Below, in pieces: positions 9,243 through 20,034 of a stretch of DNA of 64,000 nucleotides. The stretch is from an uncultured Bacilli bacterium. Lineage in GTDB: Bacteria; Bacillota_I; Bacilli_A; ML615J-28; CAG-698. The notes beneath the pieces are model-generated. The model saw nothing but the letters and a program-made list of their open reading frames with translations. It was not told the origin of the DNA and did not search any database. The stretch's first letter is position 1. The number at the start of each line of letters is the position of its first letter. Location of the stretch: assembly GCA_947627195.1 (NCBI GenBank), contig CANQVC010000003.1, forward strand, positions 9,871-73,870. Direction: 5' to 3'. Both the position numbers and the translations under genes were made by a program.

Positions 9243-11381
9243 TTACATGCTCTTTCTTTCTTTTATCTCTGCCATTTTTGCAGCATTTAATCTTGTATCA
9301 CCTTTAACACGAGAATATGATAAATAACCATTCATACGATCTATTTTTGTTAAATTGGTGCTACCACATTTTGGGCATACATCCATATTTAATTCTTCAT
9401 GTCCACAATCTTCACAATATGCTAAACTAAGATTTACTCCTTCATAAAATCCCATTTTCATTGCCCTACGAACTAAAGTACGAACAGCATCAACATTATA
9501 ATCAATTGGATATTTAACATATTGAATTTTTCCTCCATTGGATAATTCCCAGAATCGACCTTCTAAGTCTTGTTTTTGAATTGGGGTGATTGATTCTGTA
9601 ACATGACAATGGAAACTATTGGAAACATATGGTCTATCTGATACACCTTCAATTATACCATATTTTTTACGGAATTGTTCAACTTGTAATCCACATAAAC
9701 TTTCCGCAGGTGTTCCATAAATTGCGTATAAATTACCATCAATTTTTTTGAATTCTTGAATTTTTTTATTGATGTAACTTAATACTTCATGAGCAAATTC
9801 TCCATCTTCAACTAATGATTTACCATTATATAACATTTGCAATTCATTCAATGCTGTATAACCAAATGAAGCAGTTGCTGTTTTTAATAATGGTTTAATT
9901 TTATCATGGATTCCTAAATGTCCACCATAAAAGCCACCTTCACAATAAGCAATTGGATTAATTGATGCTCTCATTTCACCTAAATATGCATATGTTTTAA
10001 TATGTAATTGACGAATTAATTCTAAATAATAATCTAATACTTCATAAAAATCTTTACTTTCTTGGCGAGCTTTTGCTAAAATCATTGGTAAATGCAAACT
10101 AATAGCACCAATATTGAAACGACCAACAAATACTGGCTTGTCATCTTCATCAGCTGGTTCCATTCCACCTCTTTCATACCATGGACTTAAGAAAGCACGG
10201 CAACCCATTGGACTAATAATTTTACCATATTTTTTATACATACTAGCAACATATCCTTCACCTGTTAGACTTAACCAATCAGGATACATTGTTTTACATG
10301 AACATTGAATTCCTTCTTCAAATACATCTTCTAATTCTTTACCTGGTCCATGTAAGTTTTCATCATATAAAAAGACAATTTTAGGGAATAACACAGCTTT
10401 TTTAAATCCTGGTTTACCTTGTCCACCTTTACGAGTACGTAACATTTGAATAGATGCCATTTTCGCAAATCTTCCTGTACCAGTACCCATTGTCATAGTA
10501 ATAAAAGGATAATCGCCACGACTAGATCCAATAGTATTAAATTTATATTCAAATCCTTGAAATCCTTGTTTGAATGTTTCTTCAACATCTTTTAAAGCTT
10601 GTTCTTCTGATGTTTTTTCATCTAAGCCTAAAGATAAATATTTTTCATAAGCTTTATCATAAGATTTTTGGGCATAAGGTTCTAATACTAAATCAATTGA
10701 TGGAACTGTAAAACCACCATATTGTTGACTTGCTGCACTTAAGACAACATCACCAATAACATCAAAAGCTACATCTAATGATTTAGGTTCGTTATACCAA
10801 ACATTTCCCATCTCAAAACCACCATGTAAGACTGTTTCGATATCAAACAAACAACAATTCATTGTATCACGTCTTGCTGACATATCATGAATATATATAT
10901 ATCCATCATTACATGCTTGCAATTCTTCTGTTGTTAAAAAGAATTTTTTGTAAAGTTCTTTGTTTAATTGATTAAAAATTAAACTACGCTTCGTGGAAAC
11001 AAGAGCACTATCGGTGTTACTATTTTCTTTATCACCTATATACATAATTGCTTGACTTTTAACATATACATCGTCCAACATTTTAACAAAGTCTTGTTTA
11101 TAATTACGATAATCACGATAACTTTTGGCTACTTGAGGAAAACTTTCTTCTAATGCATTTTCAACAAGATAATGCATAGTAGAAATATTAATTTCTTTCA
11201 TATCCATTTCTTGGATTTTACCAATAACACTGCCGATTATTTTTTGATAATCATCATCATTGAATTTAACCAACACTCTTTGTGCTGATTTTGTAATTGC
11301 ATTAACAATTTTTTGCGCATTAAACGCTTCTTTTGTACCATCTTTTTTGATGATAAAAACATTTTCCAACTTTTGTTCCAC
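9243..11381 (-). CDS. nrdD: Class III anaerobic ribonucleoside-triphosphate reductase
   Basis: ATP cone (IKKDG), MGCR, TPAES, CxxC/CxxC, RMNGY glycyl loop; GTG start. Confidence 0.95.
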   Translation of the reverse strand: MEQKLENVFIIKKDGTKEAFNAQKIVNAITKSAQRVLVKFNDDDYQKIIGSVIGKIQEMDMKEINISTMHYLVENALEESFPQVAKSYRDYRNYKQDFVKMLDDVYVKSQAIMYIGDKENSNTDSALVSTKRSLIFNQLNKELYKKFFLTTEELQACNDGYIYIHDMSARRDTMNCCLFDIETVLHGGFEMGNVWYNEPKSLDVAFDVIGDVVLSAASQQYGGFTVPSIDLVLEPYAQKSYDKAYEKYLSLGLDEKTSEEQALKDVEETFKQGFQGFEYKFNTIGSSRGDYPFITMTMGTGTGRFAKMASIQMLRTRKGGQGKPGFKKAVLFPKIVFLYDENLHGPGKELEDVFEEGIQCSCKTMYPDWLSLTGEGYVASMYKKYGKIISPMGCRAFLSPWYERGGMEPADEDDKPVFVGRFNIGAISLHLPMILAKARQESKDFYEVLDYYLELIRQLHIKTYAYLGEMRASINPIAYCEGGFYGGHLGIHDKIKPLLKTATASFGYTALNELQMLYNGKSLVEDGEFAHEVLSYINKKIQEFKKIDGNLYAIYGTPAESLCGLQVEQFRKKYGIIEGVSDRPYVSNSFHCHVTESITPIQKQDLEGRFWELSNGGKIQYVKYPIDYNVDAVRTLVRRAMKMGFYEGVNLSLAYCEDCGHEELNMDVCPKCGSTNLTKIDRMNGYLSYSRVKGDTRLNAAKMAEIKERKSM

Positions 11382-11420
11382 GATTCTACCCTCCCCAAAA
11401 AATTAACATATATCGACAAG

Positions 11421-11449
11421 AGTTTATCATTTTTTTTTATTGTTTGCAA
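11421..11449 (-). promoter_or_regulatory. nrdD promoter
   Basis: TTGCAA-17-TAAACT with extended TG. Confidence 0.55.
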
Positions 11450-11593
11450 GGGAAATGTATATGAAAATTTTTCATTTATTTTTTTGTATTTTTTAAGTTT
11501 TTTGTATTTTTTTTTGATTATTTCCTATAGGATTATTATAGTAAAAAAGATGTTTATAAATCATATAATAATTTATCAAACATCTAATATATA

Positions 11594-12463
11594 TTATGTT
11601 TTATCAAATAATTTTCTTTTAGCTTTTGATGAAGAAAATTTCATTTTTAAACTTTCACTATTATCTTCTTCAATATCTTTTTTTATCTTTTCTAATTCAA
11701 TAATGAATTGATTTATTTCACTGATTAAATAATCTTTATTTGATAAAAACAATTCACTCCATAATTCTTCATTTACTTTCGCAATTCTTGTTAAATCACG
11801 AAATGAATCTCCTGTATATTTAATATAATTTTCTGCTTCATGAGAATTCATTAAACTAACAGCTATAGCATGAGGAAGCTGGGATAAGAAACCAATAATT
11901 TCATCATGTTGTTCAGGGGTTAATATTTCAATATATTTGCATCCTAATAATAAAGCAAATTGTTTTAATAATTCAATTGCTTCTAAAGAATTTTTATTTG
12001 TTGGGGTAATAATGAAATTAGCTTTTTTAAATAAATCACCACTACTATTCATTATACCACTTGTTTCTTTTCCTGCCATAGGATGACTAGCAATAAATTC
12101 TAAATCATCTCTTAATATCATTTGTGCTTTTTCAATAATTTTTCTTTTAACACCAGTACAATCAGTAATAATAGTATGCGGTTTAATTTTATTTTGATTA
12201 TTTTCTAACCACGTCATTACATTATTAGGATATAAACCTAAAATGATAAAATCTGCTTCTTTAATACAATCATCAAAAGAAAGATTATGATTATCAATTA
12301 TATTATTTTTTATAGCATATTGCATTGTTTGTTGATTAATATCTATACCCATAGGTATTATATTATTTTCATTTAATACTTTGGCATAGCTACCACCAAT
12401 AAGACCTAAACCAACAATAAGAATTTTTTTCATTGAAAATATTTTAGTATTATTTATATTCAT
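11594..12463 (-). CDS. tyrA: Prephenate dehydrogenase
   Basis: GLGLIGGS Rossmann motif, HPMAG, SQLPH; start may be the later Met (MKKILIV). Confidence 0.9.
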   Translation of the reverse strand: MNINNTKIFSMKKILIVGLGLIGGSYAKVLNENNIIPMGIDINQQTMQYAIKNNIIDNHNLSFDDCIKEADFIILGLYPNNVMTWLENNQNKIKPHTIITDCTGVKRKIIEKAQMILRDDLEFIASHPMAGKETSGIMNSSGDLFKKANFIITPTNKNSLEAIELLKQFALLLGCKYIEILTPEQHDEIIGFLSQLPHAIAVSLMNSHEAENYIKYTGDSFRDLTRIAKVNEELWSELFLSNKDYLISEINQFIIELEKIKKDIEEDNSESLKMKFSSSKAKRKLFDKT

Positions 12464-13716
12464 ATTAGTTCAACTTTAACTCCTAATTTTCTTAAATCAG
12501 TAAAAAATGTTGGATATGATTTATTTATACATTCAACACCTGTTAATTTAACTGGATTAGCTGAAATTGTTGCCATAATTGCCATTGCCATACAAATGCG
12601 ATGATCATTATGACAATCAATTACTTCATTTGTTTTTATTTCATCTTTACCAGTTATAATAACTTTATCGGGATAAACGCAAAATGAAATATTAAATTTT
12701 TGTAATTCCTGTTGCATTGAAAGAATTCTATCAGATTCTTTTAAACGTAATCTTTCGATATTATAAAATGTTGTTTGACCATTTGCATGAGCACTTGCAA
12801 CCATTAAAATTGGTCCTAAATCTGGACAATCTTCTAAAGATATTTCAACATTCTTTAGTTTAGATGGATAAACTGTATGAGTAAGATCATCTATTCTACC
12901 ATTCATTTGCTTTAATATTTTTTCAATTGCTTTATCACCTTGTAAACTATTATTATTTAATCCTTGAATTGTTAATTCTTGATTAAATAAACCAAAAACA
13001 TAAAAGAAAGCAGCTTGTGAATAATCTCCTTCAACAATATAATTACAAGGTTTATATTGTTGCATACCTGGAATATAAAATAAATATTGAGATTTTCTTT
13101 CTATGTTTATGCCAAATTTATTTAATACATCTAATGTTAATTCTAAATATGAACCTGATTCAAGAGGAGGAATTATTTCAATTGAGGAAGATGTAGGAAG
13201 TAATGGAAGACTAAATAATAATCCAGTAATAAATTGACTCGAAACATTTCCTAATATCGAATAATGATTTCCTTTTAAACATGGTTTTACTTCTAAATAA
13301 TTTTCATAAATTTTTAAATTATCTTTAAATATATCTTGATATATACTAAGTGGTCTTGATAATAATTTAGGTGTTCCATATATCTTAGTATTTAAAGAAA
13401 ATAAAGAACAAATAGGAATCATGAAACGCAATGTAGATCCTGATTCATTGCAAGAAAAAGAAAGAGAATCTAATATTTTATTACTTCTACCAATAATTTC
13501 TAAATTATTATTTATAATATTAATATTTGCACCAAGATTTTTTACTGCATTAATGGTAGCTATAATATCATCACTTAAATTAACATTACTAATAATACTT
13601 TTACCATTTGCTAGGGAAGCACTAATAATACTGCGATGTGCTAAACTTTTTGATGTTGGCACTTTTATAAAATTAGTTTCATCTACTTTTTGATATGGAT
13701 AGATAATAGCATCCAT
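12460..13716 (-). CDS. aroA: EPSP synthase
   Basis: SKSLAHR, ESGSTLR, SSQF, KESDR, NDHRICM, KSYP. Confidence 0.95.
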   Translation of the reverse strand: MDAIIYPYQKVDETNFIKVPTSKSLAHRSIISASLANGKSIISNVNLSDDIIATINAVKNLGANINIINNNLEIIGRSNKILDSLSFSCNESGSTLRFMIPICSLFSLNTKIYGTPKLLSRPLSIYQDIFKDNLKIYENYLEVKPCLKGNHYSILGNVSSQFITGLLFSLPLLPTSSSIEIIPPLESGSYLELTLDVLNKFGINIERKSQYLFYIPGMQQYKPCNYIVEGDYSQAAFFYVFGLFNQELTIQGLNNNSLQGDKAIEKILKQMNGRIDDLTHTVYPSKLKNVEISLEDCPDLGPILMVASAHANGQTTFYNIERLRLKESDRILSMQQELQKFNISFCVYPDKVIITGKDEIKTNEVIDCHNDHRICMAMAIMATISANPVKLTGVECINKSYPTFFTDLRKLGVKVELI

Positions 13717-14732
13717 TACATATCACGTCCTATTATTTTCGCAATAGCTTTTCCTTTTCTAATCAATTCTGTAAAATGTTCAACAGTTAATGATTGTTGT
13801 CCATCACTTAAGGCTTTTTCTGGATGATTATGAACTTCAATAATTAAACCATCACATCCTGCAGCAATTGCCGCTAAAGACATCGATTCCACAAGTTCCC
13901 AATGTCCTGTGGCATGAGATGGATCAATAATAATTGGTAAATGACTTAATTTTTTAATTTGAGGAACAACTGATAAATCTAAGGTATTTCTTGTCGATCT
14001 TTCAAAAGTTCTAATTCCTCTTTCACATAATATGACATTAGGATTTCCTTCAGACATTATATATTCAGCACTCATTAACCATTCTTCTAAAGTATTAGCT
14101 AATCCTCTTTTTAATAAAATTGGTTTATTTGTTTTACCTAATGCACGCAATAAATCAAAGTTTTGCATATTTCTTGCCCCAACTTGAATTATATCAACAT
14201 TCTTAACGAATTCATCAATTTTATCAACTGACATAATTTCAGTAACTATTGGTAAATTAGTTTTTTCTCTTGCTTCGCATAAATATTTAATACCTTCACT
14301 TTTTAATCCTTGAAAAACATAAGGAGATGTTCTTGGTTTATATGCCCCACCTCTTAACATTTTAGCGCCAGCTTCTTTTACACCACTAGCTATTTCCATA
14401 ATTTGTTCTTCACTTTCCACAGAACAAGGTCCACCAATAACTACTACTGGTTCATTTCCACCAATTTTTATACCATTGACATCAATAATTGTATCTTCAG
14501 GATGAAATTGTCTACTTACTTTTTTATATGGAGTAGCAATATGAGTGACACTAATGACCCATGGATACATCCCTAGTCTACTTTCATCAACAATTGTTGT
14601 ATCACCAATTAAACCTAAAATATTAACAGTTTCTCCAACTATTTCTTGAACTTTTAAACCTTTACTTTCTATATCATGAATGACTGCCTCAACTTCTTCT
14701 CTTGGGGCTTTACTTTGGATTGTTATAACCAT
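13716..14732 (-). CDS. aroF: DAHP synthase class I-beta with N-terminal regulatory domain
   Basis: GPCSVE, KPRTSPY, GARNMQN, DPSH. Confidence 0.95.
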   Translation of the reverse strand: MVITIQSKAPREEVEAVIHDIESKGLKVQEIVGETVNILGLIGDTTIVDESRLGMYPWVISVTHIATPYKKVSRQFHPEDTIIDVNGIKIGGNEPVVVIGGPCSVESEEQIMEIASGVKEAGAKMLRGGAYKPRTSPYVFQGLKSEGIKYLCEAREKTNLPIVTEIMSVDKIDEFVKNVDIIQVGARNMQNFDLLRALGKTNKPILLKRGLANTLEEWLMSAEYIMSEGNPNVILCERGIRTFERSTRNTLDLSVVPQIKKLSHLPIIIDPSHATGHWELVESMSLAAIAAGCDGLIIEVHNHPEKALSDGQQSLTVEHFTELIRKGKAIAKIIGRDM

Positions 14733-15988
14733 TTTAATTCACCTAATATTCCTTTCACAGCATCAATTATATTATCATCATTTTTAATAACAATATCAGC
14801 ATATTGTTTATATAAATCTTTTCTTTCTTGATATCTCTTTTCTAAATCTTCTTTATTTTTAGTTAATGGTCTAGATTCTTCATCAACAATTATTTTATCA
14901 ATTGAACGGTCTATCCATATAATTATTCCATTACCTTTTAAATTATTGATATTATTTTGTCTTAAAATTACTCCTCCACCTGAAGAAATAATTTTTTGTT
15001 TTTCTAGTGATACTTCTTTTATCACATTTTCTTCTAAATCACGAAAATATTGTTCACCATATTTTTTAAATATTTCAGGAATTGTCATTTTAGCTTTTTC
15101 TTCAATGATTTTGTCACATTCTAATACATCCATATCGATACCATTAGAATGTAAAACTTTTTGTAGTTGTGATGCAATTGTTGACTTACCTGATCCAGGC
15201 ATACCAATTAATACAATATTTAATACTTCAGTTTTTAATTTTTGATAAATTCTAGTAATTTCATCATTATTAATTGGTGAATTATGAAAAAATATTTCAC
15301 TAGCAACTTTAGCTTGTGTTACTAACATTTCTAAACCAGAAACAGCTTTTATTTTCCTTTTTTCCGCCTCTAAAATGAGCTGTGTTCGAATTGGATTATA
15401 TACCACATCAATTATTGCTTCCACATTTTTATAACAATCTAGGTCAATAATTAGTTTACCTAAATTGGGATACATGCCAACAGGCGTTGTATTAACAAAT
15501 ATTTCAATTTCATTATGTAGAGCTAATTCTTCATATGTTAATAAATTTTCTTCATCTAAATCTTCAATTGTTGCTTTATAAACAATTTTAGCTTGTAAAT
15601 CTTCTAAAACACATTTAGCTGTTTTACTTGTTCCCCCAGTTCCTAAAATACAAACAGTTTTACCTTTTACTTCAATATTATGTTTCTTAATTAAATATAA
15701 AAAACCATCATAATCAGTATTATAACCATATAATTTACCATTATCATTAACAATGGTATTAACAGCTCCTATTTTTTTAGCACTTTCGCTTATTGTATCT
15801 AAATAAGGAATTACTTTTTGTTTATAGGGAATAGTTACATTAATTCCATCAAAGTCTTTTTTATCCATGAATTTATGAAAATCATCTTCATTTAATGGCC
15901 ATAATTCATAAGGTTCATTTCTTAATTCTTCATGAATAATTTTTGAATAAGAATGCCCAAGTTTACCACCTATTAATCCTAATTTCAT
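14723..15988 (-). CDS. aroE-aroK: Fused shikimate dehydrogenase-shikimate kinase
   Basis: N-term HSYS, NVTIPYK, AVNT, NTD; C-term GMPGSGKST, FRDLE, SGGG, RPL. Confidence 0.9.
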   Translation of the reverse strand: MKLGLIGGKLGHSYSKIIHEELRNEPYELWPLNEDDFHKFMDKKDFDGINVTIPYKQKVIPYLDTISESAKKIGAVNTIVNDNGKLYGYNTDYDGFLYLIKKHNIEVKGKTVCILGTGGTSKTAKCVLEDLQAKIVYKATIEDLDEENLLTYEELALHNEIEIFVNTTPVGMYPNLGKLIIDLDCYKNVEAIIDVVYNPIRTQLILEAEKRKIKAVSGLEMLVTQAKVASEIFFHNSPINNDEITRIYQKLKTEVLNIVLIGMPGSGKSTIASQLQKVLHSNGIDMDVLECDKIIEEKAKMTIPEIFKKYGEQYFRDLEENVIKEVSLEKQKIISSGGGVILRQNNINNLKGNGIIIWIDRSIDKIIVDEESRPLTKNKEDLEKRYQERKDLYKQYADIVIKNDDNIIDAVKGILGELKWL

Positions 15989-17080
15989 TTATTCCATCCA
16001 CATATAGCCATATCTTGATACATACAAATCTAATAAACCAATTGCTGTCATACTATCGACAACAACTCTTGCTCGATGAACAATGCATGGATCATGACGG
16101 CCTTTTCCTTTCATTATTATTTCTTTACTTGTCAATAAATCAACTGTTTGTTGTTCTTTACCGATTGATGGAGTAGGTTTAATAACAGTTTTAAAACGAA
16201 TTGGCATACCATTACTAATTCCTCCATTTATACCACCATTATTATTTGTTTTTGTTTCAATTTTATTATTAAAGATAAATGAATCATTAGCTTCACTACC
16301 ATATAAATTAGCAAATTCAAATCCTAAACCAAATTCAACACCTTTAACAGCAGGAATTGAAAATAATAGTGAAGAAAGTACAGATTCAATTGAGGAAAAG
16401 AATGGTTCACCAATTCCTCCTTCAATATTTAAAATAGCTGTTTCTAAAATGCCACCAACTGAATCTAAATTTTCTTTAGCTTTTTTTATTTCATCTAACA
16501 TTTTATTTTTAGAAGTAGATGATATAACAGCAAAATATGAATCATTTATTTTATCAATTTGTTTTTCTAATTCTTGAGGATTAACAGCAAAATCAACATC
16601 AATTGTATGATGAATTTGTTTGATATGAGTTGCTATTTTAATATGTTTATTTAATAAAATTTGTTTACAAATTGCTCCTGCAATAACAATTGGTGCCGTA
16701 ATTCTTCCCGAAAAATGGCCTCCACCACGATAATCTTGATAACCATCATATTTTAAAAAGGCAGTATAATCAGCATGTCCAGGACGAAGTATATTAGGTT
16801 GATAATCTGTTGATTTCGTATCTTCATTAGGAATTAAAATTGTTAATGGAGTACCTGTTGTATAACCATTAAAATAACCACTAATAATTTTAAAAGAATC
16901 TTTTTCTTGCCTTGATGTTGATATTGAACCTTGAGGTTTCCTTTTGTTTAATTCTTTTTCGATATTATCAATATCTAACATAATACCTTGTTTTAATCCA
17001 TCAATAACAACACCTATTGCCTCACCATGAGATTCACCAAATAAAGATATGTGAATGTTTTTACCAAATGATGATGCCAT
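15989..17080 (-). CDS. aroC: Chorismate synthase
   Basis: GESHG, RPGHAD, RGGGHFSGR, GRHDPC. Confidence 0.95.
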   Translation of the reverse strand: MASSFGKNIHISLFGESHGEAIGVVIDGLKQGIMLDIDNIEKELNKRKPQGSISTSRQEKDSFKIISGYFNGYTTGTPLTILIPNEDTKSTDYQPNILRPGHADYTAFLKYDGYQDYRGGGHFSGRITAPIVIAGAICKQILLNKHIKIATHIKQIHHTIDVDFAVNPQELEKQIDKINDSYFAVISSTSKNKMLDEIKKAKENLDSVGGILETAILNIEGGIGEPFFSSIESVLSSLLFSIPAVKGVEFGLGFEFANLYGSEANDSFIFNNKIETKTNNNGGINGGISNGMPIRFKTVIKPTPSIGKEQQTVDLLTSKEIIMKGKGRHDPCIVHRARVVVDSMTAIGLLDLYVSRYGYMWME

Positions 17081-17081
17081 A

Positions 17082-18089
17082 TTATTCCATCTCCTTTATT
17101 TTTTGATATAATTCATTAATAGAAATATTAACCATTTTGTATTTTTCAATTGCTTCTAATTGAATAATGGTAATTTCATTTTGCTGTCTTTTTTTATCAT
17201 TTAAAACAGCTTGATATATTTGATCTGTTTTATTTAGAATTGGTTTTTTTATATTCATTTTATTTAAGTAATTTAAGACTTGATTTTTAAGTTCTAAATC
17301 TTTTATCCATGGTATCATCCCAAAACCAACAGCTTCGCCATGGTAAATTTCTCCTAAATAAGCACTTTCAATTCCATGACCAATTGTATGGCCAAAATTT
17401 AATATTTTACGTAAGCCTGTTTCTTTTTCATCTTCTTCAACAATTTTTCTTTTAGCATCTAATGATCGATAAATAATTTCTTCTAAATTATTATCTATAT
17501 CATCAAATAAAGATAATAATGTTTTATCCATTATTAATCCCATTTTCATTGCTTCAACAAGTCCATTATAATATTGTCTTTTAGGTAAACTTTTTAATGT
17601 TTCAAAATCTATTAAAACACATAATGGTTGATAAAATGCCCCTACAACATTTTTCACATGTTCTAAATTGACAGCAACTTTTCCGCCAATTGAACTATCA
17701 ACCATAGAAAGTGTTGATGTAGGAATATTAATAAATTTACAGCCTCTTTTATATGATGAAGCTACAAATCCAGCTAAATCACCAACTACTCCCCCACCTA
17801 AAGCAATAATAGTATCAGTTCGAGAAAATTGTTTTTCTAATAATGATTTTAAGATTTTTTCATAAGTTTGTAATGTTTTACTAACTTCTCCTGGATGAAT
17901 AATATATTCATAACCATATTTTATCTTATCTAAAATTTTTTTACGATATGATGAAGGAATATTTTCATCACTTATTATCATAACTTTATTATTCAAAACA
18001 TTAGATGGAATATACTCATCTATTTTTTCTAATAAATTATGACCAAAATAAATATCATAACCTTGTTCTAAATTAACATGTAATTTCAT
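17082..18089 (-). CDS. aroB: 3-dehydroquinate synthase (start re-assigned to ATG 18089 behind AGGAGGT)
   Basis: GGGVVGD, DSSIGGK, LNFGHT, HGEAV; the ORF-track start at 18119 lies inside a terminator hairpin. Confidence 0.93.
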   Translation of the reverse strand: MKLHVNLEQGYDIYFGHNLLEKIDEYIPSNVLNNKVMIISDENIPSSYRKKILDKIKYGYEYIIHPGEVSKTLQTYEKILKSLLEKQFSRTDTIIALGGGVVGDLAGFVASSYKRGCKFINIPTSTLSMVDSSIGGKVAVNLEHVKNVVGAFYQPLCVLIDFETLKSLPKRQYYNGLVEAMKMGLIMDKTLLSLFDDIDNNLEEIIYRSLDAKRKIVEEDEKETGLRKILNFGHTIGHGIESAYLGEIYHGEAVGFGMIPWIKDLELKNQVLNYLNKMNIKKPILNKTDQIYQAVLNDKKRQQNEITIIQLEAIEKYKMVNISINELYQKIKEME

Positions 18090-18102
18090 AATACCTCCTA
18101 AC

Positions 18103-18133
18103 AAAAAATGTGTTACCATTTAGATAACACATT
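18103..18133 (-). terminator. Attenuator terminator just upstream of aroB RBS
   Basis: AATGTGTTATC-TAAAT-GGTAACACATT then TTTT. Confidence 0.8.
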
Positions 18134-18243
18134 AAATATTTATATTTATAAATCCGTGTTATCCCTGATATTGTTTATCGAATCAAGAATAACTTACAGA
18201 TATTTATCATGGCATTACTAAAATACCAAGATATGAGAGTAAA

Positions 18244-18318
18244 TTAAACTCGACTCTTTCTTGGATTAAAGTAATAGTAATAAAACATATTATTTATAAT
18301 ATTGTTTATAATGTTCAT
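18244..18318 (-). CDS. Phe/Tyr-rich leader peptide MNIINNIINNMFYYYYFNPRKSRV
   Basis: 24-codon ORF with six consecutive Phe/Tyr codons between promoter and terminator of the aro operon. Confidence 0.75.
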   Translation of the reverse strand: MNIINNIINNMFYYYYFNPRKSRV

Positions 18319-18371
18319 GTGCCACTTTTTAATGTCAATTAATGTATTGACATCTTCTCCATTCTACTAGT

Positions 18372-18400
18372 AGTATATCATATTATTCTTTTATTTGCAA
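18372..18400 (-). promoter_or_regulatory. aro operon promoter
   Basis: TTGCAA-17-TATACT with extended TG. Confidence 0.75.
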
Positions 18401-18438
18401 TAATAATTTGAAATATTACAATAATAATTACAATATTT

Positions 18439-19155
18439 TTATAATAATAATAGTGCTCCGAAGGCAAGCGTTGCTAATGCGGAAAGAGCATTATTGATAT
18501 AATGAAGAATAAATGGGATATATATTGAATCAGTTGCATATTCTAAGAATCCTAAAACAAGACCCATTACAATATATGGAAATACCATAATATAATCTTT
18601 ACCACTATAAACATGTAAAAAACCAAACACAAGAGCAACAATAAATACCACAACAAGACGAGGTATTTTAAAACTTCTTAAGACATCTGTAAGTGCTCTT
18701 CTAAAAACAAGTTCTTCAACAACAGGTCCAACAAAGGCAATAATAAAGAAGTAAGGTACACCATATGCACTTCTTAAAACTAAATCAAGACCTTCTTCAT
18801 TAATTGAATCACTTGGTAATTTCGCAATTTCAGAAATTAGATTAAAAATGACATTAAACATAATAGATATAGCAAATCCAATAGTCACTAAAATTAAACA
18901 TTTAATAGCATTTTGTTTGTTTAATGCGAGATAATCTTTTTTAATATCTTTATGTAATAAAACAACTGTAAAAATAAACATAAAAATATATATAATAAAA
19001 TTGACAAGAAAAGACGCTAACATTGGATTATCAGGATAAGCTTTTCTAAGTGCAGTAGCTAAATACTTTCCAAGCCATAAAAATACTAAAGCATATATAA
19101 CAACAACTATTATTTTAACTACTTCAAATCTTTTCACAAATTCTTTAAACTTCAT
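18439..19155 (-). CDS. CPBP (CAAX/Abi) intramembrane glutamic protease
   Basis: EELVFR, FGFLH, HYINN motifs; multi-TM. Confidence 0.9.
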   Translation of the reverse strand: MKFKEFVKRFEVVKIIVVVIYALVFLWLGKYLATALRKAYPDNPMLASFLVNFIIYIFMFIFTVVLLHKDIKKDYLALNKQNAIKCLILVTIGFAISIMFNVIFNLISEIAKLPSDSINEEGLDLVLRSAYGVPYFFIIAFVGPVVEELVFRRALTDVLRSFKIPRLVVVFIVALVFGFLHVYSGKDYIMVFPYIVMGLVLGFLEYATDSIYIPFILHYINNALSALATLAFGALLLL

Positions 19156-19164
19156 TTATTCCTC

Positions 19165-19872
19165 CTATAAATATTTTTTTATCGTTGATACAATTTCATT
19201 TAAAGCAATTGTAGGACAATCAATATTTTGTTCAGGATGTAAAATTAAATTATTACCAACTAAATAACATCTTAAAGAAGATTGTTTACAACATAAATAA
19301 TCTTCTATATCATTGTTACCAAATACTATTACTTCATCAGGTTTTAAATTAAATTTATCTAATAATGTTTGAAAATATTTAGGATTTGGCTTACAATATG
19401 AACTATTTTCATAACAAGTAATGTAATCAAAATCTTTTTCTGTTAAGCCAATGAAATTCATTCTTGTAAGAGTTCCAGATAAAGGAAAAATAGGGTTTGT
19501 TGATAAAATGGATAAAAGATTATTTTCCTTCACAAACTTAATTATATCTTTTACATATGGATTATCACTGCAAGTTTCTTTGGTATTTTTAAATTCATTA
19601 ACATAAAATGAATTAAATATTTCTTTGTCTTTTATTTTTTCATTACCATATTGACTAATAAAATATTGCCAAAAAGCTTCTTCATTTGTTTTGGATCCAT
19701 TATTATGATACATGGCATTTACTCCACCCCAAACTACTTCAATAAGTTTTTGTGGTTCATAACCATATGGTTTTGCTTTTTTGCATAATAAATTAAAATA
19801 TGATTTGGTAAATATATTTTCATCCATTGGTAGAAGTGTACCATCTAAATCAAAAAATACACTTTTCAACAT
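19165..19872 (-). CDS. HAD-family hydrolase
   Basis: DLDGTL, STN, KP, GNNDIED. Confidence 0.85.
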   Translation of the reverse strand: MLKSVFFDLDGTLLPMDENIFTKSYFNLLCKKAKPYGYEPQKLIEVVWGGVNAMYHNNGSKTNEEAFWQYFISQYGNEKIKDKEIFNSFYVNEFKNTKETCSDNPYVKDIIKFVKENNLLSILSTNPIFPLSGTLTRMNFIGLTEKDFDYITCYENSSYCKPNPKYFQTLLDKFNLKPDEVIVFGNNDIEDYLCCKQSSLRCYLVGNNLILHPEQNIDCPTIALNEIVSTIKKYL

Positions 19873-20034
19873 TCTTCTATTTCCTCCTTGTATAACAAGA
19901 TTTATAACATTTATTCTAGCAAGATATTATAATTTTGTCAATGATATTCAAATTTTTTTTAATTTTATTTCTTTTCTTACCATTTTATGATAAACTATTG
20001 TAAACAAAATATATTAAAAAAGGAATTAAACTAT

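Noticed and set aside
11578-11600. AT palindrome as possible NrdR box
   Set aside because: Poor consensus match, overlaps the tyrA stop, and lies far from the predicted nrdD promoter.
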